Shown: positions 17,361-27,405, counted from the stretch's first letter. The stretch: DNA of 32,000 nt from Candidatus Arthromitus sp. SFB-rat-Yit (GCF_000283555.1 NC_016012.1:540001-572000); one strand, 5' to 3'. Notes: generated by a model not told the origin, from the letters alone. Made by a program: numbers and translations.

Positions 17361-18005
17361 ATGAAATTTGCAATATTTGATGTCGATTTAACGTTGACAA
17401 AGAGGGATACGTTTATTGATTTTTATAAGTTTTTATGTAAGGAGGACAAGCGTTTTTATGCTTATCTGAATAATGTTATTTTTTCGGGTTTGATGTATGG
17501 GCTTAAAATATATGATGAAAGAAAATCTAAAGAACAGTATTTATCTTTTTTGAATGGAGTTCATGAAAATGTTATTGATAGGTTTGCGAGAAAATTTTTC
17601 TATGAGCATTTGATGAATAAGCTGATTTATAAAGATGCTATAATTGAGATTGGAAAGCGTAAAAGCGAAGGGTATGTAATAGTTTTAATTTCAGCTTCAC
17701 CAGAATTTTATTTGAAATATTTTAATGAGCTAACTTATGTTGATTATGTTTTGGGAACAAAATATGAAGTTGTGAATGGGTTTTATACAGGGAAGATGGT
17801 AGGATTTAATAATAAAGGTAAGGAAAAAGTTTTTAGATTCCAAGAACTTTTGTTTAAAGAGAATATAAGAGATTATGATTTTGATAATTCGATAATGTAT
17901 TCAGATTCGTTGCATGACCTTCCTATGTTTAGTATGATTGGCGGCGGATTTCTTATAAATAGTAGTAAGAGAGTGAAGGGATTAATTAATTTGAATTGGA
18001 ATTAA
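17361..18005 (+). CDS. HAD-superfamily (HAD-IB, SerB-like) phosphatase
   Basis: MKFAIFDVDLTLTKRDTFIDFY (DxD motif), VLISASPEFYLKYF, IMYSDSLHDLPMF. ATG 17361 is preceded by GGGGG. The listed start 17310 lies in the upstream terminator. Confidence 0.85.
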   Translation: MKFAIFDVDLTLTKRDTFIDFYKFLCKEDKRFYAYLNNVIFSGLMYGLKIYDERKSKEQYLSFLNGVHENVIDRFARKFFYEHLMNKLIYKDAIIEIGKRKSEGYVIVLISASPEFYLKYFNELTYVDYVLGTKYEVVNGFYTGKMVGFNNKGKEKVFRFQELLFKENIRDYDFDNSIMYSDSLHDLPMFSMIGGGFLINSSKRVKGLINLNWN

Positions 18006-18805
18006 TGGAGATGGAATTTAAGTTTAAGGAATTTTGGTTTAATGGTGAATTGATTTCTGAAAAAGAATTTAAAAATTATTATGAGTATCATAAAAGGAAT
18101 GTTTATGAAGTTATTAGAGTTATAAATTCAAAAATATTATTTTTAAATGATCATATAGACAGACTTAATAATTCAATTTTGTTAATGCATGGAAGTAAAA
18201 TTAATTTAGATAATTTGATTTCAAATATTGAGTTAGTCATACAAAAAAATGAAATTTTAAATGGCAATATAAAAATTGAATTTATATTTAAGGACGATAG
18301 AGTTAACTTTTATATTTACCCAATTAATTTTTATTATCCAGATACACGCTTTGGTGTTGCGAGTATTACATGCAATATTGAAAGAGAAAATCCATCTGTA
18401 AAATCTTACAATTATAATTTTAAAAATAAGATGGAAAAGATTATTGAAGAAAAGAATGTTTATGAAGTTTTGTTAGTTAATAGAGATGGATTAATTACTG
18501 AAGGAAGTAGGAGCAATATATATTTTGTTAAATATAACAATTTTTTCACTGCACCAACTTGTATGGTTTTAAATGGGATTACACGTATTAATGTAAATAA
18601 TATTATATGTAATCTTGGATTCAATTTGTTTGAGGAAGCTGTACATGTTGATAATATAGCAAAGTTTGATGCTTGTTTTCTTACGAGTACATCGTCAAAT
18701 GTTTTGCCAATAAATAAGATAAATGATATACTAATCAGCTCATCTGAAAATAAATATTTGAGCATGGTTAATTCTTACTTTGAAAAATATTTAAAAAAAA
18801 TATAA
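18005..18805 (+). CDS. Class IV PLP-dependent aminotransferase / aminodeoxychorismate lyase-like protein
   Basis: VYEVIRVINSKILFLNDHIDRL, KSYNYNFKNKMEKIIEEKNVYEVLLVNRDGLITEGSRSNIYFVK, APTCMVLNGITRINV, DACFLTSTSSNVLPI. TAATG overlap with the HAD gene; the track's TTG start at 17996 is less likely. Confidence 0.82.
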   Translation: MEMEFKFKEFWFNGELISEKEFKNYYEYHKRNVYEVIRVINSKILFLNDHIDRLNNSILLMHGSKINLDNLISNIELVIQKNEILNGNIKIEFIFKDDRVNFYIYPINFYYPDTRFGVASITCNIERENPSVKSYNYNFKNKMEKIIEEKNVYEVLLVNRDGLITEGSRSNIYFVKYNNFFTAPTCMVLNGITRINVNNIICNLGFNLFEEAVHVDNIAKFDACFLTSTSSNVLPINKINDILISSSENKYLSMVNSYFEKYLKKI

Positions 18806-18819
18806 TAAGATAATATTCT

Positions 18820-18863
18820 AGGCTATTTGTGAAATAATAAAAACAAATAGCCTTGAGTTTTTT
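18820..18863 (+). terminator. Rho-independent terminator before the chemotaxis cluster
   Basis: AGGCTATTTG (18820-18829) / CAAATAGCCT (18844-18853), followed by TTTTTTT. Confidence 0.75.
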
Positions 18864-18913
18864 TGTATGTTTTGAAATGCAGTATGGTTTATAGAAGGAG
18901 GTAAGTTGTTTGA

Positions 18914-19390
18914 ATGTTTATGAGTAAGCTTTTAATCTTTAAGGTTGGTAAGAGTAAGTATGCTTGCAATATAAAAGATGTTGATAGAATTATTAAATAT
19001 GAAAATTTGACATATGTTCCATCAAAACAGGTAAGTTTTGAGGGGTTTTATAATCATGAAGGAAGGGTTATAAAAATATTTAATATGTCTAAAAGGCTTG
19101 GAGTGGAAGATGATACACCTATTAAAAGCACAAATAGAAAGATAATTATTGTAAAAGATGGGAATGTTTTAGTTGGAATAGTTGTTGATGAGGTACTTGA
19201 GGTTTTTAATTACGGTGATCAGAATAATAAGATTAAAGATAATAAAGAAAAATTAAATACATTTAAGGATAAAGATAAGTATATAGACTTGCATTATGTT
19301 AAAGATATGATTTTGTTAAATGGCGAAATTGTTATATATATTTCGATAACCAAAATAATTGCTATAGAATTAGAAGAGAGTGATTTGTAA
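18914..19390 (+). CDS. cheW: Chemotaxis coupling protein CheW (first copy)
   Basis: CheW-like fold: LLIFKVGKSKYACNIKDVDRIIKYENLTYVPS, GFYNHEGRVIKIFNMSKRLG, IIVKDGNVLVGIVVDEVLEV. First gene of the cluster. Confidence 0.82.
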   Translation: MFMSKLLIFKVGKSKYACNIKDVDRIIKYENLTYVPSKQVSFEGFYNHEGRVIKIFNMSKRLGVEDDTPIKSTNRKIIIVKDGNVLVGIVVDEVLEVFNYGDQNNKIKDNKEKLNTFKDKDKYIDLHYVKDMILLNGEIVIYISITKIIAIELEESDL

Positions 19391-19395
19391 ATTTT

Positions 19396-19887
19396 ATGAA
19401 TACAAATGTGAATGTTGGAATTGGTGATGTGAAATTTGGGACACATCCAATGATTCTAGAAACAAGAGGTTTAGGGTCATGTGTTGGAGTTACAATGTAT
19501 GACCCTACAAAGAAAATAGGTGGATTAGCACATATTATGTTACCAAATTCTAATCCTAGTGAGACAATAACAGATACAACAAAATTGCGTTATGCAAATT
19601 ATGCATTACCTTTTATGGTTGGTAAATTGATACTTATGGGTTGTTTTAAAGAAAATATAGTAGGCAAATTGGTTGGTGGTGCTTCAATGTTCAAAAGAAA
19701 TTCTCCAACTCTTGATATAGGGAAGAAGAATATAGAGGCAGTGAGGAAGTTTTTTCATGATAATTCATTATCTATTGTAAGTCAGCATATCGAAGGAGTA
19801 GTTGGAAGAAGTGTATTTTTTGACCTGGATAATGGCAGAGTTCTTGTAAAAATTTATGGGAAAAACAAACAAGAATTTGAAATATAG
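19396..19887 (+). CDS. cheD: Chemoreceptor glutamine deamidase CheD
   Basis: ETRGLGSCVGVTMYDPTKKIGGLAHIMLPNS, NYALPFMVGKLI, KLVGGASMF. Confidence 0.95.
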   Translation: MNTNVNVGIGDVKFGTHPMILETRGLGSCVGVTMYDPTKKIGGLAHIMLPNSNPSETITDTTKLRYANYALPFMVGKLILMGCFKENIVGKLVGGASMFKRNSPTLDIGKKNIEAVRKFFHDNSLSIVSQHIEGVVGRSVFFDLDNGRVLVKIYGKNKQEFEI

Positions 19888-20890
19888 AGATCGAATTATA
19901 AAAACGAAACTTATTATATATGATGAATCAAATTTAATGAAAAAACTTGTCTACGATAGATTTTCGAAAGACCCTAGTATAGATATTATAGATATTTTTC
20001 ATGATTGTGATGAAATGAAAAATTTCATTATAAATTCAGGAATTGTACTAGATGTAATAATTTTGAATCAAGTATATCATGATAAAAATGATTTTATTAA
20101 GCGTTTATTAGAATTGAAGAATTTTACTGTTAATTTAATAGTTATATCACATTTTGATAGTAGTACGATTGAATTTATTAAACAAACAATAGGTGCAGAT
20201 AAGTTAATATTTATCAAAGCTTTGAATAAATCTGAGCTTAAAAATATTTTTGAGATAAAGGAAAAACTTGTAGATATTGTTTATGGTATAAAAAATAGTC
20301 GTATTAAAAGAGCGATATTTGATAGCCATAAAGCTATAGTAATTGCATCATCAACAGGAGGACCTAAGGTTTTAGAATATATATTTGGAAATCTTGAAAC
20401 TAAAATAGATATGCCTGTATTTATAGTTCAGCATATGCCTGAAGGTCATACGAAACAATTTGCCGATAGGTTAGCTGGACTTTGTAGTTATAAGGTTTGT
20501 GAAGGAAAAAATGGAGAAATTGCAATTGCTAATGTAATTTATATTGCACCAAGTGGGTATCATATGGAGCTTGACTGTAATAAACAAATTAAATTAAACG
20601 TTAACAAACCAATAAACAATGTTAGACCATCTGCTGATATTTTATTCTGTTCAGCGTCTAAGATTTATAAAAAAGGTCTTTTAGGTATTGTGTTGACTGG
20701 AATGGGTAAAGATGGTTCTGATGGAATTAGGAATGTAAAAATAAATGGAGGCATTACTATAGCTCAAGATGAAGGAAGCAGTACTGTTTTTGGTATGCCT
20801 AAATCAGCAATTGAAACCGGAATGATAGATAAAATTTTATCAAAAGATGAAATATTGTTTGAGATTGTTAAGCATTCAGGCAAATTATAG
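19856..20890 (+). CDS. cheB: Protein-glutamate methylesterase CheB with a degenerate receiver domain
   Basis: Intact methylesterase motifs ASSTGGPKVL, VQHMPEGHTKQFADRLA, VLTGMGKDGSDGIRN. Receiver has DE and K residues but Asn71 at the phosphoacceptor position. True start may be ~19895. Confidence 0.92.
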   Translation: MGKTNKNLKYRDRIIKTKLIIYDESNLMKKLVYDRFSKDPSIDIIDIFHDCDEMKNFIINSGIVLDVIILNQVYHDKNDFIKRLLELKNFTVNLIVISHFDSSTIEFIKQTIGADKLIFIKALNKSELKNIFEIKEKLVDIVYGIKNSRIKRAIFDSHKAIVIASSTGGPKVLEYIFGNLETKIDMPVFIVQHMPEGHTKQFADRLAGLCSYKVCEGKNGEIAIANVIYIAPSGYHMELDCNKQIKLNVNKPINNVRPSADILFCSASKIYKKGLLGIVLTGMGKDGSDGIRNVKINGGITIAQDEGSSTVFGMPKSAIETGMIDKILSKDEILFEIVKHSGKL

Positions 20891-20914
20891 AGTGGTTTAA
20901 ATGAGGTAGGGATA

Positions 20915-21685
20915 ATGTATGATATTAACAAAATCCATGATTACGTTTATAAAGAATTTGATATACGTTTAAATGCGTATAAATCTGTTCAAATGAATCG
21001 AAGAATTGAAAGTTTTATTTCAAAATTAGGATTTAACACGTCAGATGATTTTATAAAGAAATGTAAGTTTGATAAAAAAATAAATGAAGATTTTTTAGAC
21101 TTAATAACTATAAACGTAACAGAATTTTTTAGGAATCCAGATGTCTTTTTTAAAATAGATGAACTAATTAAAAAACATTTACCTAAGAGAGATACTTATA
21201 GAATCTGGAGTAGTGCTTGTTCTAATGGTTCAGAACCTTATTCTGTAGCTATGATACTTGAAAATATTAATATCGCTAATTATGAAATATTGGCGACAGA
21301 TATTGATAGAAAAATGTTAAATTATGCAGAAAATGGGATTTATACTAAAGATGAGATTGTTAATGTTCCATTAGATTATTTAGAAAAATATTTTGATATG
21401 AGTCAAGACAAATTCAAAATTAAAGATTTTATAAAGAATAAAATTAAATTTAGAAAGCATGATTTGATACTTGAATATTTTCCGAGTAATTTTGATTTGA
21501 TATTGTGTAGAAATGTTGTTATATATTTCACCAAAGATGAGAAAATTAAGATATATAATAAATTCTATGATTCATTAAACGATCAGGGAATTGTTTTTAT
21601 AGGTGCTACAGAAAATATTTACGATTACAAACAAGTTGGGTTCAATAAATTAGGTACATTTTTTTACCAAAAGGTGGTGAAATAA
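20915..21685 (+). CDS. cheR: Chemotaxis methyltransferase CheR
   Basis: INVTEFFRNPDVFF, RIWSSACSNGSEPYSVAMILEN, ATDIDRKMLNYAENGIYT, FDLILCRNVVIYF. Confidence 0.95.
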   Translation: MYDINKIHDYVYKEFDIRLNAYKSVQMNRRIESFISKLGFNTSDDFIKKCKFDKKINEDFLDLITINVTEFFRNPDVFFKIDELIKKHLPKRDTYRIWSSACSNGSEPYSVAMILENINIANYEILATDIDRKMLNYAENGIYTKDEIVNVPLDYLEKYFDMSQDKFKIKDFIKNKIKFRKHDLILEYFPSNFDLILCRNVVIYFTKDEKIKIYNKFYDSLNDQGIVFIGATENIYDYKQVGFNKLGTFFYQKVVK

Positions 21686-21686
21686 A

Positions 21687-23834
21687 TTGGATATTTCACA
21701 ATATTTATCGATGTTTCTTGAAGAATCTATGGAAAATTTATCTAAACTAAATGATTCTTTATTGGAGCTTGAGCAAAAACCAGATGATTTAGAAGTAGTT
21801 AATGAGATATTTAGAGTTAGTCATACCATTAAAGGAATGTCTGCAACAATGGGATATATGAAAATGTCAGAATTAACTCATAAGATGGAAGATGTATTGT
21901 CAAAATTTAGAGAGGGTACGCTCAAGGTTAATAGAGATGTTGTTACGATTTTATTTAAATGTCTTGATACATTGGAATTTATGATTAATAACATAAGCGA
22001 TGGAAATAATGATGAAATGGATATAGATGAGATCGTTGAAAGTTTAGCTGGAATTTCAGGGGATAAAGTTGTAGGAAATGTAGATCAAACTATTGAAAGT
22101 ACAGATGAGAGTAAAGTAAAGGATGAAACTGTTGAAGAAAAGTTAAAGCTTGAAGAGCATCATATAAACATTATAAATAGAGAAAAGACACCTTATTTTG
22201 TTTATGAAATAAAGATTATTCTTACTGATACTGTTTTATTGAAAACAGCAAGAGTTTTTATATTATTTAGAGAGATAGAGAAGTATGGAGATATTATACA
22301 TACTTTACCGTCTACTCAGGATATTGAAACAGAAAATTTTGATTTTGAAGTTGATATGCTTTATATAACTATGATGCCTAAAGAGAATCTTCAAAATATT
22401 ATAAAACATATTTCTGAGATAAAGAAGGTTGCTATAAAAGAAATAAATTCTGACAATGTTAAGAAATCTTATGGAAATGAGGTATTCATAAATCTTGAAG
22501 AGGCTTCGGAAAATTTAAAAAATAATATTAAAGATGAAGAAAATACTAAATCAAAAGACTTATCTAAGGAAAAAAATAACATAGCAGTTAATGATGAAAA
22601 TATAAATAAAGTTCAAATAAATGCAAATAATAAAGATGGAACTATGGAAAAAGTGTCTAAGACTAAAAAACAATCTATGTCAATTAAGAAGGGGACACAA
22701 TCAGTTAGAGTTGACTTGGATAGGTTAGACATGGTTATGAATATGGTATCAGAGCTTGTAATTCATAGAACAAGACTTGAGCAGATTAGTAATACATATA
22801 ATTCTTCAGAACTTAATGAAACGCTTGAACAAATTGCTCGATCCACATCGGAATTACAAGACCTGGTCATGAAAATTAGAATGTTACCATTAGAAGTTGT
22901 ATTTAGTAGATTTCCGAGAATGATAAGGGATTTGTCTTTAGAACTTAATAAAGATATTCAATTTGTTATTGAAGGAGCAAATACTGAGCTTGATAGGACA
23001 GTTATTGATGAGATTGGAGAACCGCTTATACATCTTTTAAGAAATGCAGTAGATCATGGAATAGAAACTAAGGATGAGAGAATTGAAGCTGGTAAAAATC
23101 CAACAGGGCAAATACATCTCTATGCTTATCAAGAAGGCACTAAAGCTGTAATTAAGATACGAGATGATGGCAGAGGGTTAAATGTTGAAAAAATTAAAGC
23201 TAAGGCTGAGAAAATTGGTATAACTACTAATGGAATGTCTGAAACAGATATAAAGAATTTAATTTTTTTAGAAGGTTTTAGTACAAATGAAAAGGTTACA
23301 GATATTTCAGGTAGAGGAGTTGGTATGGATGTTGTCAAAACAAAAATATCATCTCTTGGAGGAACTATAGATCTTCAAAGTGAAAAAGGTAAGGGATCAA
23401 CTTTTGTAATAAAATTACCGCTAACTTTGCAAATAATTAAAGCGTTACTTGTTAAAGTTAATGGTGAAACTATGGCAATATCGTTGGGATTTGTAGATAG
23501 TGTTATAAATTGGAAGGAAGATTTGATAAAGAAAAGTAATAATAAGGAAGTTCTATCGTATAGAGATAAGATTATTCCGCTTATACGGATGTCTTATAAA
23601 TTTAGTTTAGAGGATAGAATATCTATGAATAATACTGATAATAACTATATAATCGTTGCTAAAGTTGGAGAAAAAATTGCTGCTTTGTTAGTTGATGATA
23701 TTTTAGGTCAGCAGGAAATAGTAATAAAAAATCTAGGAAAAAGCTTACAAGGATTAAAAGAGTATATAGGAGCAACAATATTAGGAGATGGTCTTGTTAC
23801 CCTTATAGTCGATGTAGCATCAATTATATCTTAA
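21687..23834 (+). CDS. cheA: Chemotaxis histidine kinase CheA
   Basis: HPt FRVSHTIKGMSATMGY, N-box HLLRNAVDHGIE, IRDDGRGLN, GRGVGMDVVKTKI, C-terminal CheW-like domain. Confidence 0.96.
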   Translation: MDISQYLSMFLEESMENLSKLNDSLLELEQKPDDLEVVNEIFRVSHTIKGMSATMGYMKMSELTHKMEDVLSKFREGTLKVNRDVVTILFKCLDTLEFMINNISDGNNDEMDIDEIVESLAGISGDKVVGNVDQTIESTDESKVKDETVEEKLKLEEHHINIINREKTPYFVYEIKIILTDTVLLKTARVFILFREIEKYGDIIHTLPSTQDIETENFDFEVDMLYITMMPKENLQNIIKHISEIKKVAIKEINSDNVKKSYGNEVFINLEEASENLKNNIKDEENTKSKDLSKEKNNIAVNDENINKVQINANNKDGTMEKVSKTKKQSMSIKKGTQSVRVDLDRLDMVMNMVSELVIHRTRLEQISNTYNSSELNETLEQIARSTSELQDLVMKIRMLPLEVVFSRFPRMIRDLSLELNKDIQFVIEGANTELDRTVIDEIGEPLIHLLRNAVDHGIETKDERIEAGKNPTGQIHLYAYQEGTKAVIKIRDDGRGLNVEKIKAKAEKIGITTNGMSETDIKNLIFLEGFSTNEKVTDISGRGVGMDVVKTKISSLGGTIDLQSEKGKGSTFVIKLPLTLQIIKALLVKVNGETMAISLGFVDSVINWKEDLIKKSNNKEVLSYRDKIIPLIRMSYKFSLEDRISMNNTDNNYIIVAKVGEKIAALLVDDILGQQEIVIKNLGKSLQGLKEYIGATILGDGLVTLIVDVASIIS

Positions 23835-23853
23835 AAATAGGAGGAGAGAGGGT

Positions 23854-24459
23854 ATGCTCGAGTACTCTGAAGAACAATTAGATATGATGAAAGAAGTATC
23901 TAATATAGCACTTGGAAATTCAGCGACATCATTATCTGAATTGTTAAATACTAGGATAACTATGACTATTCCAAATGTTCATATTGAATCTATAAGTGAC
24001 TTTATGGATGAAGTTGATGATATTGAGGTAATAGGGAAAATTTTAATTTTAAAAGGCGATATAGAAGGAAGTGTTTTGCTGTTATTTGATATAAACACAG
24101 CGAAAAATATAGTAAAGGATATAGCAAGCGGACAATTAATGTTTCAAGATGAGTTGGATGATGTAAGAATTTCTTTTATAGAGGAAGTTTGTAACATAGT
24201 TTGTTCAACTTATATAAGAAACATTGCTGATTATTTTAATTTGAGAATTGAAATTGAAAGTAGTAGTTTGCTTTATGACAATCTTACTGCGATTTTATCT
24301 TACACATTAATGGAAGAGGAGCAGTTTTATGATGAGATATTAAATATAAATACAGATTTCAAATATGAGTTAGAAACTGAAATGATGAATGTATATTTTT
24401 ACTTTGTTCCCAGAAAGGGCAATTTAAATAAAATCTTTAAAAGTAAAAGTCAATTTTAG
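23854..24459 (+). CDS. cheC: CheY-P phosphatase CheC
   Basis: DMMKEVSNIALGNSATSLSELLNTRITMTIP (D-x3-E-x2-N...P) and a second SFIEEVCN motif. Confidence 0.9.
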   Translation: MLEYSEEQLDMMKEVSNIALGNSATSLSELLNTRITMTIPNVHIESISDFMDEVDDIEVIGKILILKGDIEGSVLLLFDINTAKNIVKDIASGQLMFQDELDDVRISFIEEVCNIVCSTYIRNIADYFNLRIEIESSSLLYDNLTAILSYTLMEEEQFYDEILNINTDFKYELETEMMNVYFYFVPRKGNLNKIFKSKSQF

Positions 24460-24470
24460 GAGGAATTACG

Positions 24471-24830
24471 ATGAGTAGAATTTTAATAGTTGATGATGCA
24501 GCTTTTATGAGAATGATGCTTAAGGATATATTAGAGAAGAATGGTTATCAAGTTATTGGAGAAGCAAGTAATGGTCTTAAAGCTATAGAACTTTATAAAA
24601 AAGATAGACCAGATGTTGTTACAATGGATATTACAATGCCAGAGATGGATGGTATTGAAGCATTAAGAGAAATTATGAGTTTCGATCCTAAAGCAAATAT
24701 CATAATGTGTAGTGCTATGGGTCAACAAGGAATGGTTATGGATGCTATTAAGTCGGGGGCTAAAGATTTTATAGTTAAACCTTTTCAATCAGAGAGAGTT
24801 ATTGAGTCAGTTAAAAAAGTTTTGGGATAA
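24471..24830 (+). CDS. cheY: Chemotaxis response regulator CheY
   Basis: Single receiver domain: ILIVDDAAFMRMML, PDVVTMDITMPEMDG, GAKDFIVKPF. Confidence 0.95.
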   Translation: MSRILIVDDAAFMRMMLKDILEKNGYQVIGEASNGLKAIELYKKDRPDVVTMDITMPEMDGIEALREIMSFDPKANIIMCSAMGQQGMVMDAIKSGAKDFIVKPFQSERVIESVKKVLG

Positions 24831-24839
24831 TTTAAGATT

Positions 24840-25268
24840 ATGCAATTAGTCATATTTAAAATCAGGGAGGAATTCTTTGGAGTTGAGGCATCGAAAGTTT
24901 TAAGTATAAATGATATGATGACGGTTACAAAGGTTCCTAATGCTCCAAGTTATATTAAGGGACTCATAAATTTAAGAGGGATTATTATTTCGCTTTTTGA
25001 TATTTCTATTTTATTGAATTTGAACCATAATTCTTATGATAATTCAACTTTAAAAGATAGTAGTATAATCATACTTGATATTGAGCTTGAAGAGATTGGA
25101 ATAATGGTTGACAAGGTAGATGAAGTAATAGATATAGATCCAAATTTGATTAAGAGATCTATAGATACTAAAATTCCATTTGTTAAAGGTGTATTGGAAC
25201 TTAATTTTAAACTGATTACGGTTATAGATATTAATAAATTTGTTCCGAAAGATAGCGAGGTGAGTTGA
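24840..25268 (+). CDS. cheW: CheW-like coupling protein (second copy)
   Basis: QLVIFKIREEFFGVEASKVLSINDMMTVTKVPNAPSYIKGLINLRGIIISLFDISILLNL. Confidence 0.9.
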   Translation: MQLVIFKIREEFFGVEASKVLSINDMMTVTKVPNAPSYIKGLINLRGIIISLFDISILLNLNHNSYDNSTLKDSSIIILDIELEEIGIMVDKVDEVIDIDPNLIKRSIDTKIPFVKGVLELNFKLITVIDINKFVPKDSEVS

Positions 25269-25272
25269 AGTT

Positions 25273-26292
25273 TTGGGCGATAATGTATTAAGCCAAGAAG
25301 AAATTGATAAGCTGTTGAATAGTATCGAATCCGAAGGTACTTCATATAATAAGCCTAATATTTTACAAAAAAATGTAAAAAAATATGATTTTAAAAGACC
25401 TCAAAAATTCACAAAAGATCATATGAAATCGTTAAGCATTATACATGAAAATTTTACTCAATATCTTTCGAGTTATTTTGTTTCAGTTTTTGGTGTTCAG
25501 GTTAAAATTGAAATTATGTCAACTGAACAGATAACATTTCATGAATTTGTTTTTTCAATGCCTAATCCAACTACAATAATATCATTTGAGATGCCACCTT
25601 TATTTGGAAATATTTTTATGGGATTGGAATCATCTTTATCAGTGTTATTGTTGAATTCACTCCTTGGTTCTAATGATAGAAAAAATTTAGGAATTATGAG
25701 AGAGTTTAGTGATATTGATAAGAAGATTTTGACGCAAGTATCGAATGAAATACTTAATATAATAAGGGTATCCTGGGATGATATTATAAGCGTTGAGCCT
25801 AAATTTGTTAACTTAGAGACTAATCCATCTACTGTTCAATCAATGGGTCCTAATGAACCTATATTATTTGTTACTTTCAAAATTGAGATTGAGGGAGCTG
25901 CATACTTTATGTATATTTGCTTACCTTATATTTCAATAGAGAAGATAGGTGATAAGTTAAATAGAGATTATTTAGTAAAGACAAATACTGAAGAAGAAGT
26001 AGAGATTATCAAAAAATCTATTAGAAAAGAATTGAACAGTGTAAATATAGAATTAGAGGCTATATTGGATAGGAAATTTATTAGTATTCAAGATTTTTTA
26101 TCTCTTCAACCTAACGATATCATAATTTTAAATAAAAAATGTAATAGTCCAGTTGAGATATATATTGAAGAAAGATTAATTTTTAATGGAGTTCTTGGGC
26201 TTGTTGGAGAGAATAAGGGTGTAAAGATTTTAGATATTTATTATAGTGAGGAGGTTATGAAGAATGGAGAAGGAAAATCAAAGTCAGAATGA
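25273..26292 (+). CDS. fliM: Flagellar motor switch protein FliM
   Basis: MGDNVLSQEEIDKLLNSI, FKRPQKFTKDHMKSLSIIHENFTQYLSSYF, LGSNDRKNLGIMREFSDIDKKIL. TTG start. Confidence 0.95.
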   Translation: MGDNVLSQEEIDKLLNSIESEGTSYNKPNILQKNVKKYDFKRPQKFTKDHMKSLSIIHENFTQYLSSYFVSVFGVQVKIEIMSTEQITFHEFVFSMPNPTTIISFEMPPLFGNIFMGLESSLSVLLLNSLLGSNDRKNLGIMREFSDIDKKILTQVSNEILNIIRVSWDDIISVEPKFVNLETNPSTVQSMGPNEPILFVTFKIEIEGAAYFMYICLPYISIEKIGDKLNRDYLVKTNTEEEVEIIKKSIRKELNSVNIELEAILDRKFISIQDFLSLQPNDIIILNKKCNSPVEIYIEERLIFNGVLGLVGENKGVKILDIYYSEEVMKNGEGKSKSE

Positions 26293-27340
26293 TGTAAGTC
26301 AACTTGAGAATAGTACAGATCCAATTCTTACTAGTGAAGAGCGAGATCTTCTTGGTGAAATTGGTAACATTTGTATGGGAAATGCGTCAACAAGTTTTTC
26401 TAAGTTGTTACAAAAGCCTGTTACAATAACTACTCCTACTGTTGAAGTTGTTAATATATCTGATATAGCCAAAGAGTTTATGCAGCCACATATAGCTTTG
26501 AAAGTAAAATACACAAAAGGCATTGATGGGAATAATGTACTTGTTATGAGTATAAGAGATGCTATAATTATTGCGGATCTTATGATGGGCGGAGATGGCA
26601 AAAATGTTGAGGAAAGGAAAATGTTAAATGAAATAGAAATAAGTGCTGTATCTGAGGCGATGAATCAAATGATAGCTTCATCAGCAACTTCTATGTCTAC
26701 TATGTTTCAAAAAAGCATAGATATTTCAACTCCTGAAACAGTTATAAGTTATACTCCTGAAGACAGTGATAAGTTTTTTGGAGATGGAAATGAAAAAATT
26801 ATAAAAATAAAGTTTCAAATGAATGTTACTGATTTGATTAATAGTAATATTGTTCAAGTTCTGAGCTTGGAAACAGGTAAAAATATTATAAATATTATGC
26901 TTAATGATCAAAATGGATTTAAGGAGGGATCAACAGATCACAGGTATGATGATCAGAGCTTAGACAATCAAAATTTGAAAGCAGTTGAGAATTCTTCATA
27001 TACTAAGCCTATTAAGGATTATGATGTAAGTGATGCTGTTTTAATGCCGCTTAGTCAAGGAGCTACACCAGCAAATCCTAACAATATAGATTTAATTTTG
27101 GATGTTCCACTTGAGATTTCTGTTGTTCTTGGAAAAACGAAGAAGAATGTTGGGGAAATTTTGAATTTAGGTACAGGTTCGCTTGTTGAGCTAGAGAAGT
27201 TAGCGGAGGAACCAGTTGATATATTGGTCAATGGAAAGCAAATTGCGACAGGAGAAGTCGTTGTTGTTAATGAAAATTTTGGTGTAAGGATTACAGCAAT
27301 TTTAAGCAATACAGAACGGGTTAAAAACTTAAATTTATAG
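26264..27340 (+). CDS. fliY: Flagellar motor switch phosphatase FliY (FliN family)
   Basis: CheC-like N-terminus (EIGNICMGNASTSFSKLLQKPVTITTP); C-terminal SpoA/FliN domain (LDVPLEISVVLGKTKKNVGEILNLGTGSLVELEKLAEEPVDILVNGKQIATGEVVVVNENFGVRI). Confidence 0.95.
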   Translation: MEKENQSQNDVSQLENSTDPILTSEERDLLGEIGNICMGNASTSFSKLLQKPVTITTPTVEVVNISDIAKEFMQPHIALKVKYTKGIDGNNVLVMSIRDAIIIADLMMGGDGKNVEERKMLNEIEISAVSEAMNQMIASSATSMSTMFQKSIDISTPETVISYTPEDSDKFFGDGNEKIIKIKFQMNVTDLINSNIVQVLSLETGKNIINIMLNDQNGFKEGSTDHRYDDQSLDNQNLKAVENSSYTKPIKDYDVSDAVLMPLSQGATPANPNNIDLILDVPLEISVVLGKTKKNVGEILNLGTGSLVELEKLAEEPVDILVNGKQIATGEVVVVNENFGVRITAILSNTERVKNLNL

Positions 27341-27405
27341 ATATTTGGTTTTTAACTTTTTTATATAAAAATTTATATATGTTTATTATATTGGAGGTAA
27401 TAGGT

